Shown here one piece after another: positions 31,533-41,143 of a stretch of DNA of 64,000 bases. The notes below the pieces were generated by a model that was given only the letters and a program-made list of their open reading frames with translations, had not been told where the DNA came from and made no database searches. The first letter of the stretch is position 1; each line of letters starts with the position of its first letter. The stretch is from a virus. Location: the IMG/VR virus record IMGVR_UViG_3300046096_000285, positions 1 to 64,000 of that record, one strand, 5' to 3'. A program made the translations under genes and the position numbers.

Positions 31533-31796
31533 CTACTCGTCTTCGTACTCTTCTTCTTCTTCTTCATGATCTTTCCCCCACGCCATTCGTCTTACGGTGT
31601 GGAGAAGGTCTACTACTTCAATGGTGAGAGCCTCTGTAGCTAGAAGAAGGTCTGCTTTGTGCTCTGGGTCTTCTGGGGAGTCTAGTTCGTAGTGCGTCTC
31701 TTGGACTGCGTACTGGCATAGGGTGAGCCTGTGGAGAGCGCGTTCTAGTGGACTGCGTGGGTCTGGTGTCGAAACCTCGTACGGCTCTAGCGTCAT
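31533..31796 (-). CDS. acidic hypothetical protein
   Basis: leaderless ATG (MTLEPYEV) 6 nt after TACAAT. Confidence 0.6.
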   Translation of the reverse strand: MTLEPYEVSTPDPRSPLERALHRLTLCQYAVQETHYELDSPEDPEHKADLLLATEALTIEVVDLLHTVRRMAWGKDHEEEEEEYEDE

Positions 31797-31814
31797 GAAA
31801 CTATTGTAAAACAA

Positions 31815-32360
31815 AACTAAACAATCGTAAGGAGCTGGGATATGTAAAGCAACTTCGAATGAAGGTTCGTTGGAAGTTAAGTGGAAAAGTGGATAGTTTT
31901 TAAAAACTTTTTAAAATGAAAAAAAAGTAGAGGGCCCTATTTTAAAGGGATTCCGGGGAGGGAAGTATAGCATAGGGAAAGGGGGAACTTAGCAGGGTTT
32001 GAAGTGGAGATGCAAAAAGGTATTAGCAAGAAAATCTTGGCGGTTATTGTTTTTATTTGCTAATAGATGGGAAAGTATTAGCAAGAAAAAAGAAAAGTTA
32101 AGTGGAAAAATCTGCTAATACCGACGTCTTAAACGTATTAAATTAATTAACTAGCTGTTTTAGTAGTACGCGCGTAGTAATTCTTTCCGGGGGTAGTAGT
32201 AAAAACAGCCAGTTCATTGAAATAATTTGTTTAAGTAGTGATTTAAGTTCTAATTAACTTGAAAATAAGATAGAATAAGAGTTGAAACAGAGATAAACTG
32301 TGCAGAACAGCAGGATAAGAAAACTGTGTATTTGACATTTGATTTGTCAAGTTTGCATTT
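31815..32360. other. AT-rich non-coding region with iterated sites (origin-like)
   Basis: TATTAGCA x4 in alternating orientation, AAGTTAAGTGGAAAA x2, imperfect inverted repeats, AT-rich core; divergence point of transcription. Confidence 0.5.
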
Positions 32361-32371
32361 AGGAGTTGGAA

Positions 32372-32848
32372 ATGGAAGTTGGAATGGGACTGGTTGGAAA
32401 GAATGGGTCGGAAGATCCTTTTGCTTTCTTTGACTTCACGGAGACGGAAGTTGAAGAAGAGATGGAACGAGTGACGGCTGCAGCAAAAGCACGCGGAACT
32501 GTTTGTATGTGTGGACATCCTTCAGGGCGTCATACAGAAGAGGTTGGCGTATACAGTTGCTCGGCTGGTAAGTACACTTGCCCGTGTAAGAAGTTGAAGC
32601 CGGTTATAGAAGTTGATAACGCAAGAATCTTCCTACGTAAGACTACGGGACCTGGAACTCAGCATGCCTTGGCTCAAGGAATGTTGAGTGCAATAAAGGC
32701 TGGTCAGGAAATCTCGTGGCTTATCGAACAGAAGTGCGACAAGTGTGATGTCCCTGGGGCAGTAGCACCATGTCCTGTAAATCAACGTGGAGTAGTTATG
32801 GATGAGGCAACTGGGTATGACGTGTTGCTTTGCCGTGATTGCCGTTAG
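32372..32848 (+). CDS. Cys-rich (zinc-binding) hypothetical protein
   Basis: CMCGH...H...C...CPC, CDKC...CRDC; AGGAG RBS. Confidence 0.75.
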   Translation: MEVGMGLVGKNGSEDPFAFFDFTETEVEEEMERVTAAAKARGTVCMCGHPSGRHTEEVGVYSCSAGKYTCPCKKLKPVIEVDNARIFLRKTTGPGTQHALAQGMLSAIKAGQEISWLIEQKCDKCDVPGAVAPCPVNQRGVVMDEATGYDVLLCRDCR

Positions 32849-32869
32849 TTAGTTAGTTAGGAGTTAGAA

Positions 32870-33121
32870 ATGTTTAAGAATGAAGCAGCACGAAAGATCG
32901 AAGAGCATATTGCATTGCTTGTTGACTACGATGTTCTGGACGCAAGGGTGGCGGATACGCTCACTGAGTATGTCTGGAAGATTATTGGCGAAGTAGATGA
33001 AGTCGTCAATGTTGACAAGGATGAGGAACAGGCTATAAGCTTGGCTGGTTGGGAATGGATTTTAAAGAACTACAACAACCAAAATGAAAACGAAGATGGA
33101 GAGAACAATGGGAATCTTTAA
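32870..33121 (+). CDS. hypothetical protein
   Basis: AGGAG RBS. Confidence 0.65.
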   Translation: MFKNEAARKIEEHIALLVDYDVLDARVADTLTEYVWKIIGEVDEVVNVDKDEEQAISLAGWEWILKNYNNQNENEDGENNGNL

Positions 33122-33542
33122 CAAGATTATTAAGAAGCTTCGCGGTGGAGCAGCAGCACCGAATGAGCATGGCCCAGCAGTACAGGCTGCAAAGCTACGC
33201 GCTAAGGAAGTAGCAGCAACGGATGCTTTGATTGACAGTGCAAAGCCAAAGGTAAAGGTTCAGGTTGTTAAGGCAACTGTTGGAACTAACCCAGGTTGTG
33301 CATGTGGCGGTCAGTGTGGTTGCAAGCCAAAAACTGCGCCAAAGACTAAGGCGGCAGATACTTACACCGCTGAAGTTAAGAAGGCTGCCGTCAAGAAGGC
33401 AGCAACTCCTGCACCTAGTGCAAAGAAGCCAGTAGCTAAGACTACTGAGAAGAAGATTGCGATTGCTAAGGACTTGGCAGATGAGCCAGTCGTTGCTAAG
33501 AAGCCAGTTGCTAAGAAGCCTGCACCAAAGAAGGCGAAGTAG
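33108..33542 (+). CDS. Lys/Ala/Pro-rich histone-like protein
   Basis: AKKP repeats plus CACGGQCGC. Confidence 0.65.
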   Translation: MGIFNKIIKKLRGGAAAPNEHGPAVQAAKLRAKEVAATDALIDSAKPKVKVQVVKATVGTNPGCACGGQCGCKPKTAPKTKAADTYTAEVKKAAVKKAATPAPSAKKPVAKTTEKKIAIAKDLADEPVVAKKPVAKKPAPKKAK

Positions 33543-33544
33543 TC

Positions 33545-33730
33545 ATGGCAAAAAGGGAAGTAGCTGACTATATTTTGGTTTCAGCAGGATCTGCAGAAGA
33601 GTTGACTGTTCATACTCATAACCACATTATTGACGATTACGAACCATTTGGTGCACCATTCTCGGCAACATTTCATGACGGCAGCATTGGATTCTATCAA
33701 GCTGTGGTTAAGTATGCAGATCGATACTAA
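33545..33730 (+). CDS. DUF1737-like small protein
   Basis: Y.PFGAPF...FYQAVVK. Confidence 0.55.
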   Translation: MAKREVADYILVSAGSAEELTVHTHNHIIDDYEPFGAPFSATFHDGSIGFYQAVVKYADRY

Positions 33731-33854
33731 TAAGCCAGCCCCGAAAAAGAAGTAAGGGCACAACTCCGTAACCTAACTAAGGTTGCCTTAAACGGAGTTG
33801 CAGAAACGGGTCCACCAACTTGCGGTGTGGGCCCGTTTTTGTTATGCTGGGGGA

Positions 33855-34349
33855 ATGAGTGAGATTATGCCAGAGGATTTGGTTACGCGGGAGGAAGCAG
33901 CGAAGGCTGTGTATGTGACCGAAGCGATGGTGTCGTACTGGACTCGCAAGGGTCGGGCGAATAAGTACTTTGTTCTAGGGAACAAGAAAGAGTTTCTCGT
34001 AAGCATGGCTGAGATTGTTTACGCAAGTCATTGGCGTGAGAATGAGATTGCCAGGATTACATCAGGGGAGTATGACTCAGTAGGGCGAATGATTACTCGG
34101 GCTGAAGCAGCAGAGTTGCTGTATGTGTCCGAGCCTCAGATTAGCAACTACTGTCGACGTGGATATTTAACTAGGCACTACCTGCTAGACAATAAGAAAA
34201 CTTACTTCCTAGAACTTGATGAAGTTCTGCAAGTTACAATGAAGCGAAAGAAAGTCGAAGAGAAGCGCGTCCATGATTTGAAGATGCGCTACTGGGAGAA
34301 TCCATTTCCACGAGATGAGCGAGGGCAGCGATTTGTCAAGCACGGATGA
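33855..34349 (+). CDS. tandem winged-HTH DNA-binding protein
   Basis: two repeats (LVTREEAAKAVYV..WTRKG; MITRAEAAELLYV..YCRRG); leaderless start. Confidence 0.75.
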   Translation: MSEIMPEDLVTREEAAKAVYVTEAMVSYWTRKGRANKYFVLGNKKEFLVSMAEIVYASHWRENEIARITSGEYDSVGRMITRAEAAELLYVSEPQISNYCRRGYLTRHYLLDNKKTYFLELDEVLQVTMKRKKVEEKRVHDLKMRYWENPFPRDERGQRFVKHG

Positions 34350-34353
34350 GCCA

Positions 34354-34596
34354 ATGGTTAAGATTACGGTTGCAGCAGATGAGGTCGGAGTCTCGTACAA
34401 AACTTTGTACAACTGGATTGAAGACGGCTCGCTTCCATTAGCCCACCCCGGCTATGTGAGGATGTCGGATGTCCACCGAGCCATGATGATTAAGCAGAAC
34501 ACTAAGTCCAACTGGTCTCGTAAGAATGCCAGTTATGTAGCCCGAGATGTAAACGGTAGGTTCAAGTTGCTCAATGGAAAGCTCAACGGCAAGTAG
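34354..34596 (+). CDS. excisionase-like HTH protein
   Basis: AADEVGVSYKTLYNWIEDG. Confidence 0.75.
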   Translation: MVKITVAADEVGVSYKTLYNWIEDGSLPLAHPGYVRMSDVHRAMMIKQNTKSNWSRKNASYVARDVNGRFKLLNGKLNGK

Positions 34597-34835
34597 TAAT
34601 GTAGCAGGCTTGACGGATTAGTCAAAGAGGGTAACTTGTTACTGCAAGGAGCAAAACCCTTCCGTCTCCCTATCCACGCGCTAAAAAAACTTTTCAAGCT
34701 TCGTTCTCTCCGAACTCAACTTCGAACGAGTATCGTAAAATTAATAGGACGGTGGATCGTTTGCAAGTCCTCTCCCCGGTTGAATGGTCCACCGTCGCTT
34801 AACAACTAACTTCCAACGGAGAGAACCGACGAACG

Positions 34836-35720
34836 ATGTTTGACAAAGAAGACGAAGACGAACTTCCCGAAATCCAGGATGACGAACCGATCGATCTTAG
34901 GGTTGACCTAAGCGGCCTGGGTATAGACGAAGTTGATAAAGGCGTCTGCGAGGACAACTACACTAACCGTGGTATACTTCGTAAAGCTCGCATGTCCTGG
35001 GATCCGGTCTACTCAACTAACGGAGTACCTACCGGACTGATTAGGGCCCGCTCTCAAGAATCAATGGCCGAGCGTCGCTTGATGACACTTGCCGAGAAGC
35101 GGCCAGTGCTTTCAGTTCCAACGGATAATAACTCCGACTACCTAACCGGCCTGGATCTACTAGTTGAAGAAGCATCGGATTATCTAGTTCCGCCTTGGGT
35201 TATCCACAGTACCCGCCTCTATCTCAAAGAGCAGGAGAATGGTGGTCCGGCGAGCGCTAAACGTCAACCACTTGCCCAACCTCATCGATGCCGACAGATC
35301 AAGAGCGACGGTATCCGCTGCCTACTTTGGAGTTCGGGACGTCCAAAGGATGACGGCCTGTGTAGAGTACATTTGCGATCAGCGAAACATAAGACATCCG
35401 ATGACATCGAACGAGCTCGTACGAAGTTGATGCAAGCTGCACCTTACGCAGTTGACAAGCTTGAAGATCTAATGATGAACGCAGAGAGTGAACCGGTTCA
35501 GCTCAAAGCTGCAACGGAGATCCTTGACCGAGCTGGTGTACGTGGTGGTGTTGAGATCGACACGACGGTGAACATTGATGTGCGGCCAGCAGCTTCAGTA
35601 ATAGCCGAGCGACTTGACCGTCTTGCTCAAGGAGCGATCGCAAATGCTGCTAGACTAACCGCAGCTACTGAAGAAGTAGTTGACGCTGAAGTTGTAACGG
35701 AGCCTGCCAAGAATGAATGA
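34836..35720 (+). CDS. putative terminase small subunit
   Basis: RC...RC...LCRVH zinc motif then AVDKLEDL..AESEPVQLKAATEILDRAG as in actinophage TerS-like proteins. Confidence 0.55.
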   Translation: MFDKEDEDELPEIQDDEPIDLRVDLSGLGIDEVDKGVCEDNYTNRGILRKARMSWDPVYSTNGVPTGLIRARSQESMAERRLMTLAEKRPVLSVPTDNNSDYLTGLDLLVEEASDYLVPPWVIHSTRLYLKEQENGGPASAKRQPLAQPHRCRQIKSDGIRCLLWSSGRPKDDGLCRVHLRSAKHKTSDDIERARTKLMQAAPYAVDKLEDLMMNAESEPVQLKAATEILDRAGVRGGVEIDTTVNIDVRPAASVIAERLDRLAQGAIANAARLTAATEEVVDAEVVTEPAKNE

Positions 35721-35904
35721 AGAACTTAACCAAATAACGGAAGCGGCCCGCGCACTTTACACGAACCTAAAAGCGGATATCCAGAATGCCGGTACCCGCG
35801 TCGAGCACATCAGATTAACCGCACTGACTCAGGAAGCTGCGAATCTTCTAACGGAGCTCGAGAACATGGGATCAGCTTCCAACGAAGAGTCTTCTGCAGC
35901 ATAA
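35713..35904 (+). CDS. hypothetical protein
   Basis: coupled ORF. Confidence 0.6.
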   Translation: MNEELNQITEAARALYTNLKADIQNAGTRVEHIRLTALTQEAANLLTELENMGSASNEESSAA

Positions 35905-35931
35905 CGGCCAACACTGTGATAGACTTCACAC

Positions 35932-36780
35932 GTGAACAGCTCAGCTGAAGTTTTTGTCCAGACGGCCCGGAAGTATGTTGGTTATACTTCCGAGCTACTT
36001 GGGCGCAACAGTTTCGGCGAGCGCGTAGGTTATAACACGACGGTCTGGTCTGGGGCATTCATTGATGTGATCGCCCGGGAGAGCGGCCTGGACATACCGT
36101 CATTCGTTTATAGTCCTGCAGCGCTCGCCGAATTCTTACGTAACGGCCAGGTTGTAAAGACACCGCGGCCAGGGGACATCGCGATCTTTAACTTCGCATC
36201 AACATCAACACATGCGGCGAGCGCCTTCAATAGCCCGCACTGCGGGATTGTTACTGACGTCCGCCATCTTTCAACCAACGGTCAGTTCGTTACAGTGGAA
36301 GCTAATACGACGGGTACCCAATACCAGCAGCAAGACGGAATCTACGTAAAGCTTCGCCATCTAACGGATGTTGTTACCTTCTGCCGGCCTGCCACTTTCA
36401 ACGGACCTGTTCGTAAGTTGTTAGCAGCTGCCCGCCGATCCGGCCTGCAACTTCTAACGAAGGTTAAACGGATCTTCAACCAGGAGCTCAAGCTCGAGCT
36501 AGATCAGATCCAGGAAGCGGCCAGCTTACAACCAACGGTTGATATAAAGATGATCCGGCCTGCAACTAAGAACAAGCAGATAGCTGCAGTGCAGCTCGCA
36601 CTTTCAACGGTTGTTGATTTGATCGGAGCTGAGCAAGGAAAGTGGGACCAGGTCACGGCGAGCGCCTTCGCTAGGTTCCAACGAAACATTGGACGTGTCG
36701 GATCGGATGCATCGGGGATGCCAGATCTACAGACTTTGCAACGGCTGGCTAAAGACACCGGCATGTTCCAGGTAAGCTAG
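35932..36780 (+). CDS. CHAP-like cell-wall hydrolase with C-terminal PG-binding-like domain
   Basis: ARKYVGY...WSGAF (Ser in place of catalytic Cys), PRPGDI, HCGIV, TVEANT; TASAFARFQRNIG. Confidence 0.65.
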   Translation: MNSSAEVFVQTARKYVGYTSELLGRNSFGERVGYNTTVWSGAFIDVIARESGLDIPSFVYSPAALAEFLRNGQVVKTPRPGDIAIFNFASTSTHAASAFNSPHCGIVTDVRHLSTNGQFVTVEANTTGTQYQQQDGIYVKLRHLTDVVTFCRPATFNGPVRKLLAAARRSGLQLLTKVKRIFNQELKLELDQIQEAASLQPTVDIKMIRPATKNKQIAAVQLALSTVVDLIGAEQGKWDQVTASAFARFQRNIGRVGSDASGMPDLQTLQRLAKDTGMFQVS

Positions 36781-36866
36781 CTCCAACTTCTAACGAAGAG
36801 ATGGAAGCTGCGGCCCGCCCCTAAGGCCGGCTTGCATTCTGAACCAGGTCCTGCTAACATCGACGT

Positions 36867-37034
36867 ATGAAACAATTCACATACCACGTAAACTGCAGCG
36901 GACTCTGTACTGTAGACCGGATCACGATCCAAGCTTTCAACGAAGAAGACGCTGTTCAGAAGTTGCTAGCTGCGACACTGAACGGCGAGCACTTCAGTAA
37001 CCCGCGGCTTGAACGCGTCGAAGGAAGGGACTAA
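36867..37034 (+). CDS. small hypothetical protein (55 aa)
   Basis: TTGCAT-17-TAACAT-6-ATG. Confidence 0.6.
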   Translation: MKQFTYHVNCSGLCTVDRITIQAFNEEDAVQKLLAATLNGEHFSNPRLERVEGRD

Positions 37035-37036
37035 CC

Positions 37037-37513
37037 ATGGCTAAAGGCAAGGAAGCAATCGCTGCAGAGAAGCGACGGAATGCTGAGCTACTAGAGAAGC
37101 AATCAGAGTTGATGATTCGGATCGCAGAACTTAAGACGGAGAACGTCACCCTTCATGAGAAGGTGCGGGCCCTGGAAGTGCAGCATGATCGAGCAATTAG
37201 AACCGGCACGCTTCTCACTGAACGCGACGAAGCCATCGCGCAGGCAAACGGCATGCAAGATGAACTTGCGATGTGGAAGGCCCGCGCTATCATGTTTGCT
37301 GAAGCTGCAGTGTCCGAAGAAAATGTCAACACGATCAAACTTCCAGTCGAAGCTTTCGGAGTACTTGCGGACCTCGGACTAGCGCCTGAGGCACTGAAGA
37401 GGAATCGACAGCAGCGACGTTCAGTCAAGTCCGAGGCCAGGTTCCAAAAGCAGGAGCGGCTAGCCCGCGAATATCACAAGCTGGAGAAGACTGTTCCAAT
37501 GATTGACATTTAA
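37037..37513 (+). CDS. coiled-coil hypothetical protein
   Basis: RBS AAGGGA; heptad-rich. Confidence 0.7.
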   Translation: MAKGKEAIAAEKRRNAELLEKQSELMIRIAELKTENVTLHEKVRALEVQHDRAIRTGTLLTERDEAIAQANGMQDELAMWKARAIMFAEAAVSEENVNTIKLPVEAFGVLADLGLAPEALKRNRQQRRSVKSEARFQKQERLAREYHKLEKTVPMIDI

Positions 37514-37560
37514 TCATCGGCATGCTAAGCTGAACAAACAACCAACGAAAGGGGATCCCC

Positions 37561-37716
37561 ATGGATCGCGAAGAAGTAGCAGTAATACTAGACACTCTGA
37601 TCAAACAAGCGGAGCGTGCACTGCAGGTTTTGGAAGACGAGACCGACGATCGAATTCAGGCACGCGTACGTGTGATGACCACTACGGTCACCGACCTACA
37701 GAACGAGGTGCACTAA
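37561..37716 (+). CDS. small hypothetical protein (51 aa)
   Basis: AAAGGGG RBS; MDREEVAVIL... Confidence 0.55.
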   Translation: MDREEVAVILDTLIKQAERALQVLEDETDDRIQARVRVMTTTVTDLQNEVH

Positions 37717-37946
37717 TGCAGTCAAAGCATGTTAAAGCGGTACCCGACGAGCTGCGCTTCTGTGCGGCATGCGGATACGAGGGCTCGCCAAACGCTGGCC
37801 CGTCCGATGACCTTCGCTTCTACGGGACTGAACTACTTCACCCGATATGCCGCGAAGAGATGGGGTTCCTGCTAACGGAGTTCACCAAGGCGGGCTCGGT
37901 TACTGAGGACGACGCAGCGGACCTATTGCGACGGATCCAGCTCTAA
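37716..37946 (+). CDS. small zinc-finger-like protein
   Basis: TAATG coupling; CAAC...HPIC. Confidence 0.55.
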   Translation: MQSKHVKAVPDELRFCAACGYEGSPNAGPSDDLRFYGTELLHPICREEMGFLLTEFTKAGSVTEDDAADLLRRIQL

Positions 37947-38015
37947 CTTCCAACGAACGGCATGCGGCGAGCGCCTCTCCAAATCAACATCTCAGTAACG
38001 GGGTAACATAACCTC

Positions 38016-38321
38016 ATGAGAAGTTTAGAGATCCACGTATTCGAGACCGATGCCGATTTGGATAGCGGCGTGCTTGGCGGCCTGCTGACCGTCGAGGACC
38101 TAGATGCCGTAGCATGCACTGCGTGCTTGGACGAAGTCGGACACACTAACGGATCCTTCGTAAGCTACACGACTGTGCTTGATGACGTCGATCAGTGGTA
38201 CCTTTGCATTCCATGTACTGGAGCAGTACTCGAGCCATCAGCTGCAGCGATCGATGAACCGATCTATCTTCTTGACGTCGACGACGAGGAATTCGAAACT
38301 TTCGACCTAACGGATGACTAG
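38016..38321 (+). CDS. acidic zinc-finger-like protein
   Basis: CTAC...CIPC; leaderless start. Confidence 0.65.
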   Translation: MRSLEIHVFETDADLDSGVLGGLLTVEDLDAVACTACLDEVGHTNGSFVSYTTVLDDVDQWYLCIPCTGAVLEPSAAAIDEPIYLLDVDDEEFETFDLTDD

Positions 38322-38503
38322 CTAGTAGCTCAGCTCCTTCCCAACTTCCAACGAAGCCTGGGACCTGAATGCTGAATTTAGTCCCGTATTCATTTTTTCA
38401 ATACACGTATTCATTTTTTCACAAGAGCAAAACACCCGCTGCGTGATTTGACTCGCCGAACCTTTTCTGCTAAGTTTGACCTAAGCAATGAAAGGACGGA
38501 AAA

Positions 38504-39034
38504 ATGCACGTTGCGCACATACTGCTTGTTCAAGCAGACTCAGCAGAGGACGCCTTTGAGAGGGTCGAAAGCGAACTATCACCAACTGACTATGGAGTTC
38601 GACCAGAGTGGTCAGACTGGCACAATGCCAACAACTCAGCAGAGATGAACTTTGCTGGTCGTTGGACTGGTTCATTCTTCAAGAGCGATAAAGAGGACGA
38701 GCCAAACCCAAACCACCTTTGCTACGCAGATGACAAGGCGCTCGCAGAAAGTGTTATCTCTGACCAGTTAGCCATGCGTGACGCGGAGATTGCCAACATT
38801 AGAAAGAACATGGTTTCAGACCTTTCTACTGTCACAATCAACCACTACGCAGAAAAGTGGAACATGGATTACTGGTATACCCAGAAGTTCCTCAAGTTGG
38901 CAGATAACGAGTGGACTCCAGACTCATACATTTATGACCTAGAAACCAGCACAGCGTCACTTCACTGGTTCATGGAGCGTGTCATGCTCGTGCCAAAGAA
39001 GCAGTTTCTGGTTCCTGTGGACTTCCATTATTAG
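38504..39034 (+). CDS. cassette gene, hypothetical
   Basis: AAGGACGG RBS; WSDW...AGRW...FLVPVDFHY. Confidence 0.8.
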   Translation: MHVAHILLVQADSAEDAFERVESELSPTDYGVRPEWSDWHNANNSAEMNFAGRWTGSFFKSDKEDEPNPNHLCYADDKALAESVISDQLAMRDAEIANIRKNMVSDLSTVTINHYAEKWNMDYWYTQKFLKLADNEWTPDSYIYDLETSTASLHWFMERVMLVPKKQFLVPVDFHY

Positions 39035-39063
39035 AAGTGGAGAAGTGGTGATACACTTTTCTT

Positions 39064-39519
39064 ATGAAATCAATAGACAGATTTACAACTAAATACAAAA
39101 TCAATCTAGAAACAGGCTGCTGGGACTGGATAGCAGGGACATCGGCTGGGTATGGAGCGTTCGCGTACGAGCGCGGCAAAAAAGCCCATAGATTCTCGTA
39201 CGAATACCACAACAACACCATTCTCGGCGAACTGACTATCGACCACTTATGTAGGAATACACTGTGCGTAAATCCAGAACACTTAGAGGCAGTACCTAAG
39301 GGGGAGAACTCTAGGCGCAGAAATCTCAACCACACCTATAAGAAAAAAGAAGTCTGTAAGAATGGACACTTCATAGGAAAAAATGAATACGTCAGACCAG
39401 ATGGCTACTCTGAGTGCCTACTATGTAGGAGTGATAGAGGTAAGGCTTATAGGGAGAAGCATGGAGACGAGCATAGAGCCAAACTTCGTAAGTATTACCA
39501 CGACAAAAAAAATAAATAA
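39064..39519 (+). CDS. HNH homing endonuclease
   Basis: GCWDW...GYGAF...AHRFSY...DHLCRNTLCVNPEHL; leaderless; AT-rich. Confidence 0.92.
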   Translation: MKSIDRFTTKYKINLETGCWDWIAGTSAGYGAFAYERGKKAHRFSYEYHNNTILGELTIDHLCRNTLCVNPEHLEAVPKGENSRRRNLNHTYKKKEVCKNGHFIGKNEYVRPDGYSECLLCRSDRGKAYREKHGDEHRAKLRKYYHDKKNK

Positions 39520-39608
39520 AAAACTTTCAAAATAGACTTGACACTTCGAACGAATGGTGTAAAGTTATCAGTAGGTGGAAATCACCACCCAAAAAGTAAG
39601 GACGGAAA

Positions 39609-40079
39609 ATGACAACAATCGTTGAGCCAGTAGTCGAGACAGGTAAGCCAGCAATCGCTGGTGTTGGTATCTATCTCGAACTCGTGCCAAAGGGCGACAA
39701 CCCACACAACAAGACCACCCAGATTTTGTTTACCCCACAAGGTATGACAGAAAAGGGTCAGCCAGTAGGACTCGCCATGATTTCTCGTGAGGTCTCAACT
39801 TGGTCGCCACGCAAGCAATGGAGGCACAACTTCTCTCGCTTGACAGCAGAGCAAGAAGCACTCGCACCAGCAGACCAAGCACTCGCACTAATCGCTCGTT
39901 TCGAGACTTCTCTCAAGCGTGAGATTTACTATGGCTACGAACTACGCAACAAGCCAATCGTTTTCGAAGTTACCAACCTAGACCTCGCCGAGGTTCTGGA
40001 CTGGAAAGCACCTGCTTCGGCACTACGCCGAATCCAAAAGGCACGAGTATCTCTCGGCTTTCCAGAGAAGTTAGTTTAG
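39609..40079 (+). CDS. cassette gene, hypothetical
   Basis: AAGGACGG RBS, promoter at 39538. Confidence 0.75.
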   Translation: MTTIVEPVVETGKPAIAGVGIYLELVPKGDNPHNKTTQILFTPQGMTEKGQPVGLAMISREVSTWSPRKQWRHNFSRLTAEQEALAPADQALALIARFETSLKREIYYGYELRNKPIVFEVTNLDLAEVLDWKAPASALRRIQKARVSLGFPEKLV

Positions 40080-40102
40080 TCAAGGAATAGGACGGAAAAA
40101 TC

Positions 40103-41143
40103 ATGACTACAACCACAGCAACCCCAGCACCAGCAACACGCTCAATGGACACCATTGAGGTAGACGAACTGTTCGCCAATCTGACAGGTATGCTTTTCAG
40201 CGTGGCTGTTCAGGACAAGGACGCAAGTCTCAAGTCTCCAAATCTCGACTCCCTAATGCCACCTGCCGCTCGTGCTAATCTTAGAGCAAAGGCTGGCACA
40301 GGACAGGTAAAGGTAGCGAAGAAGTCAATGGTCAATGTTGAAGCACTAGAGGGTGTCGAGAAGTATCCTCGCCCAAATGGTCAGGATTACTACGCTCGCC
40401 CTTGGGGTGAACACACAGACATCGAGGTTCTCCGCAAGGCTCGAACTGCTGACCAGTTTGTTCTCCTCTATGGTGCGCCCGGAACTGGTAAGACTGCCGC
40501 TGTTGAAGCAGCGTTCCCAGACGAACTTTACACAGTCTTGGGTTCAGGCGACACCGAAGTTTCTGACCTCGTTGGAGGGTATGTTCAGACTCCAAGTGGC
40601 GGCTTCGAGTGGGTGGACGGTTCTCTCGTTCGCGCCGCCGAAGAGGGTAAGGTTCTTCTCATTGACGAGATTGGTCTCATTGACCCAAAGGTCTTGTCAA
40701 TCGTTTATGGTCTCATGGACGGACGCAGGGAATACACCGTCACAGCGAACCCAGAGCGCGGAACTGTCAAGGCGAAAGAGGGCTTCTATGTAATCGCCGC
40801 GACTAACCCAAATGCCCCAGGAGTTCGCCTATCAGAGGCGTTGCTATCTCGCTTCTCACTCCAAGTTGAAATGACAACTGACTGGGGTCTTGCCAAGAAG
40901 TTGGGCGTTCCAGTAATCGCTGTAACTGCCGCGCAGAACCTTGCGAAGAAGCAGAGCAATGGAGAAGTTTCTTGGTCTCCACAAATGCGTGAGTTGCTCA
41001 ACTTCAAGACAGTCTCGACCTTGTTTGGTTCGAAGTTCGCTGTCGAGAACCTCGCAGGTTCAGCACCAGAACTTGACCGTTCTGTTGTGGTAGATGTTCT
41101 GACCCGAGTGTTCGGCGAAGAAGTCAAGCCAGCCAAGATTTAG
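40103..41143 (+). CDS. MoxR/CbbQ-type AAA+ ATPase
   Basis: GAPGTGKT, DLVGGY, WVDGSL, LLIDE, AATNP, EALLSRF. Confidence 0.9.
   Translation: MTTTTATPAPATRSMDTIEVDELFANLTGMLFSVAVQDKDASLKSPNLDSLMPPAARANLRAKAGTGQVKVAKKSMVNVEALEGVEKYPRPNGQDYYARPWGEHTDIEVLRKARTADQFVLLYGAPGTGKTAAVEAAFPDELYTVLGSGDTEVSDLVGGYVQTPSGGFEWVDGSLVRAAEEGKVLLIDEIGLIDPKVLSIVYGLMDGRREYTVTANPERGTVKAKEGFYVIAATNPNAPGVRLSEALLSRFSLQVEMTTDWGLAKKLGVPVIAVTAAQNLAKKQSNGEVSWSPQMRELLNFKTVSTLFGSKFAVENLAGSAPELDRSVVVDVLTRVFGEEVKPAKI

Noticed and set aside
37503-37715. N-terminal part of the 147-aa track ORF
   Set aside because: Better explained by a promoter/RBS, a 51-aa ORF at 37561 and a coupled start at 37716.
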